A stretch of 64,000 bases of DNA from a bacterium. Lineage in GTDB: Bacteria; Zhuqueibacterota; Zhuqueibacteria; Oceanimicrobiales; Oceanimicrobiaceae. Every line of letters starts with the position of its first letter. The stretch's first letter is position 1. The stretch is from positions 64,880 to 128,879 of the forward strand of contig JBBIIG010000005.1 in NCBI GenBank assembly GCA_037446635.1. Reading direction: 5' to 3'. Shown here one piece after another: positions 19,568 to 31,000 of this stretch. The notes beneath the pieces were generated by a model. The model made no database searches and was not told the DNA's origin. It saw nothing but the letters and a program-made list of their open reading frames with translations. Position numbers and translations under genes: made by a program.

Positions 19568-21256
19568 CTAACTGTCATGTTCGACGGCCGGCCGAGTTTC
19601 CAGTTTATCGTACAAGTGCAAAATGCGTTCGAGGATGCTGCGGAACACCGGCGCTGCCACGTGCCCGCCGGAATGCACCGGCTTGGGTTCATCGAGGGCG
19701 ACGTAAATCAGAATTTTTGCGCCGCGCGCCGGATAGAATCCCACAAACGACGCGAAGAAATCGGAATCCGAGTACGAGCCGGCGCGCGGTTTTTGCGCGG
19801 TGCCGGTTTTGCCGGCGATGCTGCGTCCTTTGATTTGCGCCTGCTGCCCCGTGCCTTTTTCTACTACCTGCTCCAAAATCGCGATCATTTTTTGAGACGT
19901 GGAATCGTCGAGAACCGTGCGGATGACTTGCCGGCGAGAACGGCTGACGGTTTTATTTTCTTTGGTGCGAATTTCTTTCAAAATGATTGGCTTCAGCAAA
20001 TCGCCGCCGTTGGCGATGGCGGCGTAGGCCATGGCAATTTGCAGCGGCGTGGCCGCGACTTCGTGGCCGTACGAAATCGCCGCTACCGAAAACGCGGACC
20101 AATTGGTAGGGTTTTTCAACATGCCCGAGACTTCGCCCGGCAGCTCAACGCCGGTTTTGTTGCCGAAGCCGAAACTGCGCGACGCCACGAACAGCCGATC
20201 TTTTCCCAGCTCGCGGGCAATTTTCGCCGCGCCAATGTTGCTCGATTTCACAAAAACATTTTTGAACGATTGCCAGCCCATTTTTTCGGGGTCGTTGATT
20301 TCGTGGCCGTAGAGCCGGTATTTGCCGTTTTCACAAAAAATGATATCGTCTAACTTTTTTTTGCCGTTGGCCAGCGCCGCCGCCATGGTGACGATTTTGA
20401 AGGTCGAGCCGGGCTCGTACAAATCGGTGATGGGGCGAATGCGCCAGGCGTCGGCGTCGTAGCGCGTGGCGTGGTTGGCGTCGAAGCTGGGCGCCGACGC
20501 CATCGCCAGAATTTCGCCGGTATTGGGATCGAGAATCACCACGTTGCCGCCGGCCGCGTTGAATTTCCCGATGCCTTTGGCCAGTTCTTCCTCGGCGATG
20601 ATTTGTAAATTATGATCCACGGTTAAAATGAGATCGTGGCCGCTCTTGCCCTCGAGGGTGCGGCTGGCGATGGGCATCACGGTTTTACCGCTGGCGTCGC
20701 GCTGCAAGATGCTCAGCCCATCCACTCCGCAGAGATAATGATCGTACGCAAATTCCAGCCCGCTCAGGCCGTGGCCATCCACGTCCACGAAGCCGATCAC
20801 CGGCGCCAATTTTTCATTGAGCGGGTACACGCGCTGGCTCAGTTCCGTGACTTTGACGCCCGGGAGATTCAGCATTTGAAGTTCGAGGGCGGTTTTTTCG
20901 TCCACTTTGCGCTCCAGCATCACGAAGCCTTTGCTGCGGCGAATTTTGTCGGCAATCTCTTTCTGGCCGAGACTCAAAAACTTCGCCAATTTGCGGCTGG
21001 TGATTTCGAGATTTTTTACAAAATGCTTATCGACGCCCACGTCGTAGCTGATTTTGTTCAGGGCAAGTGGAGTCAGATTGCGATCGTAAATCAAGCCGCG
21101 GTTGGCGCGCAGAACATATTTTTGCATGTACTGCTGGCGGCCCAATTCAACGTAACTTCGACTGTTGAACACTTGAAACTGCACCAGACGCAAAATCAGC
21201 ACAGCGGCGATCAGCAGCAGGGCGGCGCGCGCCAGTTGGAATCGCCATGATTTCAC
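19568..21256 (-). CDS. ftsI: Class B penicillin-binding protein (FtsI); start approximate
   Basis: RGLIYDRN, GLSGLE, EPGSTFK (SxxK), SSN (SxN) and KTGT motifs; no PASTA domain visible. Start placed at a GTG just before the TM helix. Confidence 0.92.
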   Translation of the reverse strand: MKSWRFQLARAALLLIAAVLILRLVQFQVFNSRSYVELGRQQYMQKYVLRANRGLIYDRNLTPLALNKISYDVGVDKHFVKNLEITSRKLAKFLSLGQKEIADKIRRSKGFVMLERKVDEKTALELQMLNLPGVKVTELSQRVYPLNEKLAPVIGFVDVDGHGLSGLEFAYDHYLCGVDGLSILQRDASGKTVMPIASRTLEGKSGHDLILTVDHNLQIIAEEELAKGIGKFNAAGGNVVILDPNTGEILAMASAPSFDANHATRYDADAWRIRPITDLYEPGSTFKIVTMAAALANGKKKLDDIIFCENGKYRLYGHEINDPEKMGWQSFKNVFVKSSNIGAAKIARELGKDRLFVASRSFGFGNKTGVELPGEVSGMLKNPTNWSAFSVAAISYGHEVAATPLQIAMAYAAIANGGDLLKPIILKEIRTKENKTVSRSRRQVIRTVLDDSTSQKMIAILEQVVEKGTGQQAQIKGRSIAGKTGTAQKPRAGSYSDSDFFASFVGFYPARGAKILIYVALDEPKPVHSGGHVAAPVFRSILERILHLYDKLETRPAVEHDS

Positions 21257-21308
21257 GGCTGGGTTGAGCAGACCCGGCCGCAAAGTTGTTTCGCGGCGGC
21301 GGAACGCC

Positions 21309-21635
21309 CTACTGCTCTGGAATTTCGATGACGTTTTCATTGGTCGCGAACACCAATCCCAATTCTTCCTGGGCAATTTTCTGGATGCGGCCGATATTGG
21401 CCAGCCGAATGCGTTCGGCTTCCAGTTTGTTGATTTCAATTTCATAGCGGCGATTCAAATCTTCCAGCCGCTGAATCTCCGCCAATTGCAGGTTGATCTG
21501 CACCTTCATCCAAACATAACCCACCATCAGCGCGAAGGCGCAGAGTATCCACCAAACGAGTCGATGGCTGGTTCTGGATTTTTTAGGGGAAGCGGCGCGC
21601 CGTTCCGAGAAAAGTTTTTTTTGTGAGCGAATCAT
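21309..21635 (-). CDS. ftsL: Cell division protein FtsL
   Basis: Basic N-terminus, one TM helix, coiled coil ending RIQKIAQEELGL; lies between rsmH and ftsI. Confidence 0.85.
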   Translation of the reverse strand: MIRSQKKLFSERRAASPKKSRTSHRLVWWILCAFALMVGYVWMKVQINLQLAEIQRLEDLNRRYEIEINKLEAERIRLANIGRIQKIAQEELGLVFATNENVIEIPEQ

Positions 21636-21657
21636 CCACGTCCTCCCGCGACGAAGG

Positions 21658-22578
21658 TCACAGAATTTCCGCCGCGCGCAACCGTGCGCTGCGGCTTCGG
21701 GGATTTCGTTGAACCTCCGGCTGAGCCGGTCGAATCGGGCGCTTGGTGATGATTTTTAACCGCCCGGGGCGGCCGCAGACGCACTGCGGCAGCTCTGGCG
21801 GACAAATGCAGCGGCTCGTTTCATTTTTAAAAAATTCTTTCACGATGCGATCTTCCAGCGAATGATAACTGATGACCACCAGCCGGCCGCCGGCCGCGAT
21901 GAGCTCGCGGCTTTCGCTCAACGCGCCGCGCAGATTTTCCAACTCAGCGTTGACCGCGATGCGCAGCGCCTGAAAGATGCGCGCCAGCGATTTGACGCGC
22001 TGTTCGTATCGCAAAACCGCGCTGACCGTTTCCGCTAATTCCGACGTTGTCAGAATCGGCGAACGCATCCGGCGTTTGACGATAGCGGCGGCAACCGCGC
22101 GGTGGCGCCGTTCTTCGCCGAACTTTTTAAACAACTCGCTCAGCTCGCGCTCCGAATAAGTGTTGATGATGTTATATGCCGAAAGAGCTTGTTCGCGGCT
22201 CATGCGCATATCGAGTTGGCCATCGGCGCTGAAACTAAAACCCCGTTCCGCGGTGTCGATTTGATGGGACGAGACGCCTAAATCGAGCAACAGGCCGTCA
22301 ATTTTTTTTATTTGTAAATTTTGCAAAGCCTGGCCAAGATTTTTAAAGTTCGCTTCTTTTAAAGTAACTCGCTTTCCGAACCGCTCCAGCCGCGCGGCGG
22401 CGTGATTTAGCGCGTCGCGATCCAAATCCAGTCCGATCAGCCGCCCGTGTTGATCGAGGCGATCGAGAATGGCTTCGGCGTGCCCGCCTCCACCCAACGT
22501 GCCATCCACATAAACGCCCGCTGGATTATGAACCAAAAGTTCGACCGCTTCTTTTAACAGCACCGGTTCATGAAACAC
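21658..22578 (-). CDS. rsmH: 16S rRNA m4C1402 methyltransferase
   Basis: HEPVLL, DGTLGGGGH, DLGVSS.Q.D..ERGFSF, SYHSLEDR and NPRSRSARLR motifs. Confidence 0.98.
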   Translation of the reverse strand: MFHEPVLLKEAVELLVHNPAGVYVDGTLGGGGHAEAILDRLDQHGRLIGLDLDRDALNHAAARLERFGKRVTLKEANFKNLGQALQNLQIKKIDGLLLDLGVSSHQIDTAERGFSFSADGQLDMRMSREQALSAYNIINTYSERELSELFKKFGEERRHRAVAAAIVKRRMRSPILTTSELAETVSAVLRYEQRVKSLARIFQALRIAVNAELENLRGALSESRELIAAGGRLVVISYHSLEDRIVKEFFKNETSRCICPPELPQCVCGRPGRLKIITKRPIRPAQPEVQRNPRSRSARLRAAEIL

Positions 22579-22592
22579 GGCCTCGTCTCGGG

Positions 22593-23045
22593 TTAAATTT
22601 TGAACAGCTTTAATTCTTCTTTAACGGACTTTTGATCCTGCGACTGGGAAAATTTCTCGTAGGTTTCCGGATTCCAGAGCTCGATTTTGTTGGTGCAGCC
22701 GATGACTTTAACTTTGTGATCGATGCCCGCGTACTGGCAGTAGTTGGCGGGGATCATGATACGGCCCTGGTTATCCAGGCCGGCATCGATGCTTTTCGAG
22801 CCGAACTTGCGGCGCAGCTCGTTGGCGTTGTCATCGAACTGCGGCAGCTCATTTAATTTTTTGCCGACGGTTTCGCTGTATGTGCAATAGGGGTAAAGGG
22901 TCAATCGGGTATCTTCAATCGCACAAATGATGAAAGTATTTTCTTTCAAATTCGACATGACTTTGCGGTACTTGGCCGGGATGCTCAAACGATTTTTTTC
23001 GTCGAGGGCGTAATCGTATTCGCCCAAAAAGTCTTTTAGTTCCAT
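22593..23045 (-). CDS. mraZ: Transcriptional regulator MraZ
   Basis: FLGEY...LDEKNRLSIPAKYR and LDNQGRIMIP...IELW repeats; first gene of the dcw cluster. Confidence 0.93.
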   Translation of the reverse strand: MELKDFLGEYDYALDEKNRLSIPAKYRKVMSNLKENTFIICAIEDTRLTLYPYCTYSETVGKKLNELPQFDDNANELRRKFGSKSIDAGLDNQGRIMIPANYCQYAGIDHKVKVIGCTNKIELWNPETYEKFSQSQDQKSVKEELKLFKI

Positions 23046-23065
23046 AAGAGAGGTTTGGGAATATT

Positions 23066-23122
23066 CCCCATTTTCTCCCATTTTTCACCACCGAAAATAT
23101 AAAAAAAAGCCGCTAATGTCAA
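23066..23122 (-). promoter_or_regulatory. dcw promoter with three MraZ-binding repeats
   Basis: Minus strand TTGACA-N17-TATTTT followed by TGGTG, TGGGA and TGGGG at a 10-bp period, matching the known MraZ box arrangement. Confidence 0.8.
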
Positions 23123-23229
23123 GAAAAATTTTGCTCTTAATAGAATTTTTTTTGGTAGTGAATGTTGGACGATTTTGTGAAAAATTAGAGAGAGATCGAA
23201 AAGGGCGGTGTGACTTAAAGTCGGAGGCT

Positions 23230-23922
23230 TTATTTTTGACCCGAAAACCACCCGGCGGTGGTTTGTGCCAACTCTGCAATCACGTCATCATCCGCGCGGC
23301 CGCTGCTTTTGAGAACGTGAAAGCCGTGGTCGGCGCCTTCAAAAATGTGCAGCGTGGCTTGCTTGCCAAGCCCCTCACAAACGGGGCGCAGCAAGTCGAG
23401 TTGGGCCAACTGGTCGCGGTCGCCCTGCAGAAACAGCAGCGGTAGGTTGACGTTGGCAAGATGCGCGGCGCGTTCGGCGCTAGGCTGCCCCGGCGCGTGC
23501 AGGGGAAAACCAAAGAACACCAGCCCCTTTACGTTGAGCAGCGGCTCGTTGGCGGCGGCCATCGAGGTCATGCGGCCGCCAAGCGATTTCCCGCCGGCGA
23601 ACAACGGCAAATTGCCCGCGTAATCTTGTGCGCAGGTCACCGCCGCGCGCACGGTTTTCAAAAGAATAGGCTGCGGGTCGGGCGTCTTCTTCCCCTTTTC
23701 AATGTATGGAAATTGATAGCGCAGGGTGGCGATTTCGTTCGCCGCTAATTCCTGGGCTAACTTTTCCATAAAACGATGTCTCATGCCGGCGCCCGCGCCG
23801 TGGCCTAAAACCAAAAACCATTTCGGGTTTGGCGGACGCAACATGAGGGCGCTCACCTCGCCAGCGCTTTGGCTGGCTGTGAAGCGCAATTCGTGAGTTG
23901 CCAGCGGAATTTCGGTTTTCAT
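23230..23922 (-). CDS. Alpha/beta hydrolase (KANL3/Tex30-like)
   Basis: HGAGAGM, GGKSLGGR nucleophile elbow, FPLH.PG, QGDRD and GADHGF. Confidence 0.88.
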   Translation of the reverse strand: MKTEIPLATHELRFTASQSAGEVSALMLRPPNPKWFLVLGHGAGAGMRHRFMEKLAQELAANEIATLRYQFPYIEKGKKTPDPQPILLKTVRAAVTCAQDYAGNLPLFAGGKSLGGRMTSMAAANEPLLNVKGLVFFGFPLHAPGQPSAERAAHLANVNLPLLFLQGDRDQLAQLDLLRPVCEGLGKQATLHIFEGADHGFHVLKSSGRADDDVIAELAQTTAGWFSGQK

Positions 23923-23924
23923 AT

Positions 23925-24629
23925 TTAGGCCTTTTGCGCCAGCGCGATAAAGTCCGCCGCCAGGCGCGGACCGGCGCCCTCGTCTTCGTGTTTAAAAAAG
24001 ATGAATGCCTCCTGCCATTTTTGATCGCGGATGCGTTTCGCCCAGTTGGCGAGATCGGCCTGGTTGTAATTTTGACGCCGCAGCCGAAGGTATCCCCAAT
24101 TCGTGGTGGCGGCGAACGGCGTCTCCGGTTCTTCGTCGGTTTCGGAGACGCAGAGGGCGCAGCCGAATTTTTTTAGCAGATCGTACACGTCGTCCGCGAA
24201 CCAGCTTTGGTGGCGAAACTCAAAGGCGGCACGAGAGTCCGCGGACAGCAACTTCAAAAACTCTTCGAGCCGCGTCAGGTCTTTGCGCAAATAGGGTGGG
24301 AGTTGAAAGAGGATCACGCCTAGTTTCTCTTCCATCGCCTGCGCCGTTTTGAGCAGATAAGCAGTTTCCTCTCCGGCCTCTTTGAGGCGTTTTTGATGGG
24401 TGATCTTTTGCGAAGCTTTGATGGCGAAGCGAAAGTCGGGCGGCGTCTGGTCGGCCCAATTTTCCAGCACGCTGGTTTTGGGCATGCGATAAAAGGTGTT
24501 GTTGATTTCCACGGCCGGCAGCCGGCTGGCGTAAAATGCCAGCATGTCTTTATCGGGCAGATCTTCGGGATAGAAGACGCCCTTCCATTCTTTATAGCTG
24601 TAGCCGCTGGTTCCGACCCACAGTTTCAT
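23925..24629 (-). CDS. DUF72 domain protein
   Basis: VGTSGYSYKEWKG.FYP, VEINNTFY, LFQLPP and FEFRH motifs. Confidence 0.93.
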   Translation of the reverse strand: MKLWVGTSGYSYKEWKGVFYPEDLPDKDMLAFYASRLPAVEINNTFYRMPKTSVLENWADQTPPDFRFAIKASQKITHQKRLKEAGEETAYLLKTAQAMEEKLGVILFQLPPYLRKDLTRLEEFLKLLSADSRAAFEFRHQSWFADDVYDLLKKFGCALCVSETDEEPETPFAATTNWGYLRLRRQNYNQADLANWAKRIRDQKWQEAFIFFKHEDEGAGPRLAADFIALAQKA

Positions 24630-24732
24630 CGCGCCTCTCCTTTTTTGTTTGTTTGAGCCGTCCGCAATTTAAATCAAATTGAAGTGGATTTCAATTTTAA
24701 TTTTCGGCGATTCGATTTTGAATGCTATTTTT

Positions 24733-24823
24733 AACCGCAAAGAACGCCAAGCTGGCGCAAAGGCCGCTAAAAAAATTTTTTTCTCCTGCGCTCTTGCATT
24801 TTCTTAGCGAACGTTGCGGTTGA
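24733..24823. repeat. AACCGCAAAG...TTGCGGTT palindromic repeat
   Basis: AACCGCAA/TTGCGGTT termini with internal CGCAAAG-type repeats; a related element lies at about 37066-37179. Confidence 0.55.
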
Positions 24824-24855
24824 GTTTGGTTGCCCGCCCGTTCAGACAGGTCTGC

Positions 24856-26271
24856 TCAAAATGAACTGGCGGAATCGCTAAGCTGCAAACATTCGGAACA
24901 GCGCAGCGGCCGGCAGTAGAGCTTGTGCAAATGAATCGCGCCCTGCTGCGTCAGCGCCGAAGGCTTGGCGCCTCCACGTTCGCGGCTATTCTTGAACAGT
25001 TGCTGCTTCATGACTCGGGTGATGACATTTTCGGACAATTTTGGAAAACGCGCGTAAATCTCTTGCAGAGTGTTTCGCAGGCCGCCGGCGCTCGCTTCAA
25101 AACTATAGAGGAAAAGCGCTGGCAGCACAATGTTGACGACGATGTCCCGCGCCCGCTCTTTTCCAATCAGGGCTTCAGTGGCCTCCGCGGTGCCTTCTTC
25201 AAAACGGTAGTGTTCTTTCCAATATCCGTCGGCCTTGATGGTCAAAACCTTTTCCAACTCGGCGATGATGCGAGTGTAAGCCCGGGCGTGGCCCTCGAAA
25301 ATTTTTAGAAAGCCCTCGAGAAATCCCTGCCGATAAAATCTAAACAGCAGTTGCACCATGCCCGCCAGACGGCGAGTTGGAAAATTTTGCGGCCGCAGCC
25401 GGAAGAACTGCCAGGCGTGCGATTTCATGGCTTTGATTTCCAGGCGATGGGAGATTTGCCCCCACAGCCGCTCCAACGGCGCCACGTAAGTCAACGTTGG
25501 CGTGTCTAAAATCTCGCCGCCAGGTTGAGTTTGCGAAGGCAAAAGTCCGGCGGCGCCGAACAACAGCGCGGCGCATTTTTGCAGGGCCATCTCTTCCTCC
25601 ACCCACTGCATTTCCGCGCGCACCATTTCGTACGGCGCCAACTCTGCTAATTTTTCAAAAGGGCGCCGGTTTTTCGAGTATCCCAGCGCCGACATCATTT
25701 TTTTATAAAGAAGCTGATCCCACGACGCCCCGCGCAAATCTTCGCGGAATTGTTCCGCCCGCGTCAACAAGCGCTCGCGGCCGGCCGCAGCCAGCGTTGC
25801 TAGAATTTTGTCGCCAGCGGTGTGGCTGAGTGGGCAGTTCTCTATGATCGTTATCTCGGGTTCAGGCTCTGATTCGTCTGATTTGCTTTTCCAAAGTGCG
25901 GATTTCTGTTCACCGGGATCGATGTACAATTGGTAGATCGAAGCGCCGTCTTCCCGTTGAACGGCGCTCGCGCCTTTCGGCTTTTGAGAAATCAAATGCA
26001 GGATGACATTGTTATAGCGCGGATCCGTGTGGTGCCCGTGCTCGTACCAGCCCATTTCAGTGAGATGAACTTCGACGTCGCCTTTGAGAAGCCGGCCGGC
26101 GATTTTAACGACGGCGTCTTTGAAATCCGGTCCGGCGTCGAGGTTTTCGACGCCGGCAAAAATCACTTCGAGGCTTTCACCGTTCGTGGTCTGCAAATCC
26201 TGTTTGAACAGCTTGCGGCTTTTCCACAGCTTTTGCAAGAGCACTTCCTGATCGTGGATTTTGAGTTCCAT
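24856..26271 (-). CDS. DUF2851 family protein
   Basis: N.DAGPDF..A, GDVEVH....W..HGH..DP.YNNVILH, LGYSKN and RLRPQNFPTRRLA motifs; C-terminal YC...C..C. Confidence 0.88.
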   Translation of the reverse strand: MELKIHDQEVLLQKLWKSRKLFKQDLQTTNGESLEVIFAGVENLDAGPDFKDAVVKIAGRLLKGDVEVHLTEMGWYEHGHHTDPRYNNVILHLISQKPKGASAVQREDGASIYQLYIDPGEQKSALWKSKSDESEPEPEITIIENCPLSHTAGDKILATLAAAGRERLLTRAEQFREDLRGASWDQLLYKKMMSALGYSKNRRPFEKLAELAPYEMVRAEMQWVEEEMALQKCAALLFGAAGLLPSQTQPGGEILDTPTLTYVAPLERLWGQISHRLEIKAMKSHAWQFFRLRPQNFPTRRLAGMVQLLFRFYRQGFLEGFLKIFEGHARAYTRIIAELEKVLTIKADGYWKEHYRFEEGTAEATEALIGKERARDIVVNIVLPALFLYSFEASAGGLRNTLQEIYARFPKLSENVITRVMKQQLFKNSRERGGAKPSALTQQGAIHLHKLYCRPLRCSECLQLSDSASSF

Positions 26272-26303
26272 TTCTTCTTCCCGAAATTAACAATTGAATC
26301 AGC

Positions 26304-27815
26304 TTACTTCGGCGGCCGCAGCCGCAGCCGTTTGATTTTGTACCGCATCACCCGTTCGGAAATATTGAGCGCGGCCGCCGCGGCGCTCTGGTTCCAGCCG
26401 TGATGGCGCAGCACTTTGATGAGAATCTCGCGCTCGTAGTCGGCGAGCAGATGGTTCAAGTCGCCGGCAAGCGGGACCTCGAACGCTTCGCGCTGGGTTT
26501 CGGGAAACGAAATTTCGTAGGGGAGATGTTCGGGGAGAAGCTGCGCGTCGCCGTCGTCCGCTAAAATCACCGCGCGCTCCATCATGTTTTCCAATTCACG
26601 GACGTTGCCGGGCCAGGAGTAGCGTTCGAGAATTTCAATGGTTTTTGGCGCGATTGTATTGAGCGACTTTTTGTGCTGGCTGGCGAAGCGTTTTAGAAAA
26701 TGCGCGGCCAGCGCCGGAATATCTTCCACCCGCTCGCGCAGAGAAGGCAGCCGCACCGGCACAACATTCAAGCGATAAAACAGATCCGAGCGGAATTCGC
26801 CCGCCGCTACTTTCGTTTTCAAATCCTGCGCCGCCGCGACGATGATGCGCACGTCAACTTTGCGCGGCTGGTTGGAGCCAAGTGGGCGCACTTCTTCTTC
26901 CTGAAGAACCCGCAGCAACTTGGCCTGCGTGTCCAGGCTCATGTTGGCGATTTCATCGAGGAAAAGCGTGCCGCCGTTCGCTTCTTCAAACAAGCCGGGG
27001 CGATCGCGGTCAGCGCCGGTGAACGCGCCGCGCACGTAACCGAACAGCTCGCTTTCGAGGAGATTGGCCGGCAGGGCACCGCAGTCCACCGCCACAAACG
27101 GACGGCTCTTTCGCGGCCCGGAATAATGAATGAATTTCGCAATTACCTCTTTGCCGCTGCCGCTTTCGCCCTGAATCATCACCCGGCCGTCGGTGCGGAT
27201 GACCCGTTCGAGAATCGCAAACACTTCTTTCATCGCGGGGCTGCCGCCGATGATGCCGTGGCTGTCGAAGCGCGCTGCGACTTGCTGGCGCAGGCGCTCG
27301 TTCTCGCTGAAAAGCTGCTCGCGCAGTTGCGCCTCTTCGATGAATTCGGAAATTTCGGCGGCGAGGGCGCAGACGAGCTGCTGGTCTTCAACGGCGAAGC
27401 GTTTTTGTGAGCGCGCCAAAATCACCACGCCGATGATGGCATCGCCGATTGTCAGCGGTGCGCCCAGCGCTGACGAAATTTCAGTGAAGCGATCTTTGAA
27501 ATTGAACAGCGCCGCCACGTCGTGGCTAAGGAGCGGCTGCTTGTTGGTCACCACCCAGCCGGTGACAAGATCGTCGAGCGGGGTTTTCAGCAATCCTTCG
27601 GTGGATTTTCCTCGACGAATCAACGTCCGCCGCGAGCGCTCGGAAGTTGGGCGCAGCAGTTGAATGCAGCCCTCGTCGGCCGCGGCCAAATCCAGAAACT
27701 CGCGCATCAATTCTTCGATGGCTTCCTCCACCCGCTGCGCTTTGCTGAGGCGATGGGCAATGCGATTGGCGGCTTGCAGGACGAGGATTTGTTGGTTGGG
27801 TTCGGTTGTTTTCAT
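26304..27815 (-). CDS. GAF-domain sigma54-dependent transcriptional activator
   Basis: GESGSGKE, ESELFG...GAFTGA, FLDEI, FRSDLFYRLN, WPGNVREL and Fis-type HTH; N-terminal GAF-like region. Confidence 0.93.
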   Translation of the reverse strand: MKTTEPNQQILVLQAANRIAHRLSKAQRVEEAIEELMREFLDLAAADEGCIQLLRPTSERSRRTLIRRGKSTEGLLKTPLDDLVTGWVVTNKQPLLSHDVAALFNFKDRFTEISSALGAPLTIGDAIIGVVILARSQKRFAVEDQQLVCALAAEISEFIEEAQLREQLFSENERLRQQVAARFDSHGIIGGSPAMKEVFAILERVIRTDGRVMIQGESGSGKEVIAKFIHYSGPRKSRPFVAVDCGALPANLLESELFGYVRGAFTGADRDRPGLFEEANGGTLFLDEIANMSLDTQAKLLRVLQEEEVRPLGSNQPRKVDVRIIVAAAQDLKTKVAAGEFRSDLFYRLNVVPVRLPSLRERVEDIPALAAHFLKRFASQHKKSLNTIAPKTIEILERYSWPGNVRELENMMERAVILADDGDAQLLPEHLPYEISFPETQREAFEVPLAGDLNHLLADYEREILIKVLRHHGWNQSAAAAALNISERVMRYKIKRLRLRPPK

Positions 27816-28011
27816 CGCCCGAAACTACTGTAATTTTTTTGATCTACAACTTTAATTTCTAAGCCAGCTTGTGTTTCGACAGACGGATAAACGGCCATCC
27901 TCGCAAGTGAAAGTCTTGCTTTCCCAACTTAACAAAATAGAAAATGAATTAGCCTCTGGAAGTGTGGTAGTATTCGAGGATAACCGGATTCGCATTAGAA
28001 ATCTGCCAATT

Positions 28012-31000
28012 TTAAAATCCTGAAGTGGTCATTGCACTCTTGTTTATAGCCTCGCTTGCCTTTCTCGCAATCAACCCAAAACCCTGCGCCTCGGCTTCTT
28101 TTCTCAAAAAATTCAACGTGGAACGGCCGGTTTCGGCGATGCCGTGCTTCAACTCGGTCAACCCAATCGCGAGCTGCGCTTCGATTTTCACGGTGAACAA
28201 TCCGGTGCGCGCGGCTTCATCTGCGATTTGCAGCAGGCTCTTTTTCGCCTCCGCGAAACGCCCATTTTCCGCCACCACGCGCGCCGCCGCAATGTTGACC
28301 CACAAGCGATCACGGAGATACTGGCTGTTGGCAATCAGCTCGGCGGCGCGGCCGGCCGCTTGCTGAGCCTCGCGCAGCTTGCCGGTTTCCAACAACGCCA
28401 GCGCCAGCAACGCCGTGGAGCGCGCTTCCTGGGTGTCGATCATCTTGCCCCGATATTCTTTTTGCAATTGGCGGATTTTTGCGGCGGCTTCATCGGCGCG
28501 ATTTTCCGCCATCAAAATTTCCGCCAACGTGAGGTGCGCTTCAAAAGCCGACTCCGCGGCCGCTTCCTCGCGCAACGCCAGCGCGCTGTCCAATTTCGCG
28601 CGGGCGCCGGCGAGGTCGCCCTCCGCCAGCAGCAGCTCGCCGAGGTGATGCAAGCCGTCGGACGTGAGCAGCTTCTGGTTCATCTCACGGGAAATTTTCA
28701 GCGAAGCGGAGATGGTTTGCTTGGCGGCGGCCAAATCGCCGGAGTCAAAGTAAACGTGTTCTAAATTGCTGAGCGCCAGCGCCTGGTTATACTTGTTGCC
28801 AAACTCGGCGCCGATGGCCGCGCTTTCCTCGTACATTTTTTTCGCGCCGGGCAAATCGCCCTGCAAGCGCAGCACGTTGCCGAGATTGTTCAGCGGGCTT
28901 GCCAGCCGCGAGCGGTTGCCCAGCTTGCGGCGCATAGCCAGCGATTCTTCGTAAAGTTCTTTGGCGCGTTTGAGGTTGCCCTCATTTTTTTCCACAATCG
29001 CGATGTTGTTGAGCAGCACGGCCACGTTGAGCTCATTGCCGGTGGCGCGTTTGATCGCCAGCGCTTCGTCGTAAATTTGGCGGGCGGTTTGCAATTCTCC
29101 GCGCGTCTTGTGAACGATGCCGATCAAATTGAGCGCATCGGCAACGAGACTGCGATTGCCGGTGAGCGTGAACAGGCGTTTGGCCTCGTCGTAAGCGGCA
29201 AGCGCTTTGTCCAATTCGCCCAAATTATACAGCGCCCAACCCTCGTCGTACCATGATTTGCCCACCAACACCAGCGCGCCCTGCGTCGTCGCTTTGATGC
29301 GCGCCTGCTTGCACGCGGCCTGCTGGCGCTTGAAATCGGAGATGGCTTCCGCGGCCGCGGACTCCGCAAGATCGATGCGGGCGTCGGCGGAGGCTGGCGG
29401 CGGCAAACGGCGCAAGCGCTCGAGAATCTCGAACGCCTCGTTGGCTTTACCGGCGTCGGTTTTTATTTTTGCTAATTGCAAACCGTATTCGATGTTGTCC
29501 GGATACGTTTGCAGCAACGTCTGGTAAAGCTCGATCGCTTTGTCCCACTCGCGCTTGGCCGTTCGATAGCGCGCTTCCACGGCCAGCCGATCTTCCGATG
29601 AAAGATTTTTCGAAAGCGTGAAAGCTTTCTCCGCCGCGTTGAGCGCCTCCTGCTCATACCCTAATTGCCTCCAGGTTTCGGAAAGGGCGAAATGAGTGAG
29701 GGGATAGTTGGGGTCGCTGGCCGCGGCCTGCTGCAACAAATCGCGCGCCGCCACGGCATCGTGGACGCGCAGCTTATCGAGCCCTTGCGCATAAAGCTTG
29801 ACCGACTCGACGTCTTTTGGACGAGCGGCCACCACGGCAATTTGTTCTTTTTCCGGCAGCGCGGAAATTCCCAACTTCTCCCGGATGCGATTGCCGGCGC
29901 GAGCGATGAGATCGAACAACTGGCTTTCGGCGCCGGTCTCAGCAATCGCGGCGATGGTCTCGCCGGCCACTGCGTCCTGCATGCGGATGTCGAGGCGAAT
30001 CTGGCTGTTAGCGCGGCTGCCGAGCGCTAAATACGAGCCAAACACAATCAAATCCGAACCGAGGTTGCTGCGAATTTGCTGAAGCGTCTCTTTGGCGAAA
30101 CTCTCGCTCTCGGCCAGCGCCAGCTCGCTTTTCATGCGGCTCACCACCTCGCCGGGAATCGTGCGCAATTCTTCGCCGGCGCCCAATTCGGTGGCCAGCA
30201 TTTCCGCAAGCGCGGTGGAGAGCCACGCCATCTCCTCACGCCCGGAAAGATTTTTGAACCCAAGAAGGGCCACGGATCTGCGCGCGTGAATGGTGGTGTC
30301 GAAAGCGGCAGTGGCCGCGTCGCCGGCGATTTTTTGTTTTTGGTCTGAAACTCGAATCAAAATCGTTGCCAGCGCCGCGCTCACCACCGCCATGAAGACG
30401 AACAGCGCCGGCCAAAGCCAGCTTTTTGTTCGCGCCGCGCTCACCGTTCGCCGGGGTTTCTTTTTGGCGCCGGCTGTGGCCGACGAAGCGGGCAGAATTT
30501 CATTCACATTGTGTAAATCCGCCAGCATGTCGCTGATATGCTGGTAGCGCTGGCCGGCGTCTTTCATCAGCGCGGTGAAAACGATGTCCTGCAGTTGCGC
30601 CGGCGCATCTTTGCGAAATTTTGTAATGGGCTCCGGCTCTTGGGTGAGAATCGAATAAATGGCAACTTGATCGAAATCCTGTTTGAAAGGTAACTGCCCG
30701 GTGAGCATTTCATAGAGCACAACGCCCAGCGACCAGATGTCGCTGCGGGGATCGACTTCGTCGCCGCGGATTTGTTCCGGCGACATATACGCCAGCGTGC
30801 CGACGGTGGCGCCGGACTGGGTGAGCCGGCTGCCGCCGCGAATTTTCGCCAGCCCGAAGTCCATGATTTTGGCGACGCCATTTTCGGTGATCATGACGTT
30901 AGCGCTTTTGATATCGCGATGGATGATGCCTTTTTCGTGCGCGGCTTTCAAGCCTTCGGCAATTTGGAGGGCCATTTTGATGATGTCAGCGATCGGTAGA

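Noticed and set aside
21257..21445. N-terminal extension of FtsI in the ORF track (625 aa)
   Set aside because: It overlaps ftsL in another frame; the real start is probably close to the TM helix.
23046..23081. N-terminal extension of MraZ (MGENGEYSQTSL)
   Set aside because: These codons are the MraZ-box repeats of the promoter region; ATG 23045 fits the family length.
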